Positions 62,061 to 64,000 of a stretch of DNA of 64,000 bases are shown here, one piece after another (the first letter of the stretch is position 1; each line of letters opens with the position of its first letter). Source of the DNA: Octopus sinensis (Eukaryota); the NCBI RefSeq assembly GCF_006345805.1, contig NC_043001.1:103726001-103790000 (forward strand). Reading direction: 5' to 3'. The position numbers and the translations under genes are program-made. Below the pieces are notes generated by a model that did not search any database, was not told where the DNA came from, and saw only the letters and a program-made list of their open reading frames with translations.

Positions 62061-63831
62061 TTAAATAAAAAGGCGACATACTGATCGTCGTTCGTATAGA
62101 GAATTCTAAAATTATTGCGATTCCTGTCTGAATTGGCGGCAGAAATTAAAAAGCTAGTGGCAAGTAAAGTGAAAATAAGTTCAAGAAATATAAATTAACT
62201 GAAAACATTTTGCTTTAATTTCTTCAAATCATCTTTTCTTCCATTTTAGAGTCATTAATTACTGATTTAAGCTAACGAATAAGTTTGTGTTAACCTAAGG
62301 GTGATACGAGATTAAAAAAATAATAATGTTTTTTTAAAGCAAGAACATAACAGCGTAATATTTTGATAAATAGTCAGTGTTATAAGCTAGGATTAGAACT
62401 TTAGAGAACATTTTTATCAAGATTCGACAGTTTAGAAGACTGAAAAGAAAAAAAATGGCATTAACCGAGAATGATTTTAAAAACTGGAAAATATCAAGTG
62501 TTGTTTAGACCTGCTTAAGTGCAGCAACATGATGGATATGTGCTCAGCTTAAATGGTAATATTTTATGCTACCTAAATAGGTTTCCTGTAATTCCTTGTT
62601 CGAAATAAATGGAAATTTTGTAAGCCATGCTGTTAAAGGCGTGATTAAAAATAAATCCAATCATTTATGAAGTAAACATTAATGAAATAAAGCGGAAAGA
62701 TGTTGAAGTGAGCCATCTTTTGTTTTCGTATATTTACGATAAATTTTCTTCCGCCTTAATAACATAATTTGCCGATATCAACATATTTTTATTATTAAGC
62801 TAAATTGGCATGAATTACGGTCTGTATGTAAATTAGTATATAGATAGGCATGAATAACTTGATTGGCAGCGAGAAATGGGAAAGAAATAAATATGTTAAG
62901 CGTCTTCTATTCTGTCAACCATATTTTTTATTTTATACATACAAATATAGAATATAAACATTTCCCTCTCTCTTATTATGAATGTGAAGAGAGAGAGACA
63001 GAGACAGAGACAGAGATCCATACATACACACATGGATGCATACGGACATATACATGAATGCACGTAACAGCCCTTCGGACGAGGTCACGCGAGCGGCTAT
63101 AAATAGCAGCCAAATCTCGGTTGTATCACATTGCACTGTCTCAAGAAAATAAGAACATATTCGATATAGATTTGACAGAATAACCATTCCCAGCATTACC
63201 GCTTCAAGCATACATACATTCATATTTCTGTCTTTCTTTGTCAAGGAATAAGAATAAAACAGAGGCGAATGTAATCAGCTTTCTTTTTTCTATATTTGAA
63301 TGTGTCATGAATGCTGGCGTGAGGCTGTTTTAGTCGTAGCTTCGAATGATTTGGTCGGCACAGCGCCATTTTAAAAAATCTATACCGCATGCATTATTTC
63401 CGATATATTTAAAATATTTAGACAGATATTTTTGTTTCCATAAATACTAAATATTTCTTGATAGCCTTTTCAAATAGTAATTGTGTAGTTTTTTTCTTAT
63501 AACCCATTAGCAGTTCTACTTCGGCATCGCAATAACGTGTTGCTGTTTATAACTGTAATTGCGTAAATCCATGGCATTTAACTCGTGACCAGCAGACGAC
63601 ATTATTTAATATGTCCTTCCTGTCAAGAAGATGGAATATATTTTGAAACAGATTTTGCTACTGAGTGCCTTCGTAGATGATTATTCTGTGGCATGGAAAA
63701 AGATGTTGGATGAACCTCGTTTAATTAGTGTTCCGGTTGAAGCTAATCAATTCTTATTAAAAGAGTTTCCTGGTAAAAAAAAAAAAGACACGGTACACAA
63801 AAAAAAACGAATGAGTAACATTTCATCGCAT

Positions 63832-64000
63832 ACTAAGGCAGCGAGGTGGCAGGAGTGCTGCCTTAGTGCTGGACCAAAGGCTTAGCGGCATTTCTTCCGA
63901 CTTTACGTTCTCACTGCAAATGCCGCCGGGGTCGATTTTACCTTTCATCATTTCAGGATCAATAAGATAAGCACAAGTTATCGATTGAGGTCGATATAAT
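63832..64000 (+). mobile_element. SINE family A, degenerate, cut by the window end
   Basis: aaggcagcgaggtggcagga..gcttagcggcatttc..ggtcgattttacctttcatc. Confidence 0.75.

Overview
AT-rich, repeat-saturated eukaryotic DNA, intronic or intergenic in character. The repeat landscape (tRNA-derived SINEs plus extreme microsatellite density) points to an octopod cephalopod; this is inference, not a database match. No intact protein-coding gene is recognisable, and most ORF-track entries are translated microsatellites. The window holds several tRNA-headed SINE families that swap heads, cores and tails, and decayed coding relics of RTE, R4/Dong, Penelope (GIY-YIG), Tc1/mariner and Chapaev-like elements. 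It also holds piggyBac-type and foldback MITEs, two recent ~215-265 bp local duplications and a 100-N gap at 52122-52221. The most striking signal is a set of eight minimal hammerhead-ribozyme (HHR) motifs in three repeat families. One family (32272-32592 and 58288-58578) joins a tRNA-like Pol III head, a microsatellite spacer and a hammerhead-bearing Penelope-like tail, so it looks like a SINE/retrozyme hybrid. Its first copy sits in an inverted composite flanked by an 11-bp target-site duplication. A few splice-site-bounded candidate exons and two promoter-like islands are reported at low confidence.
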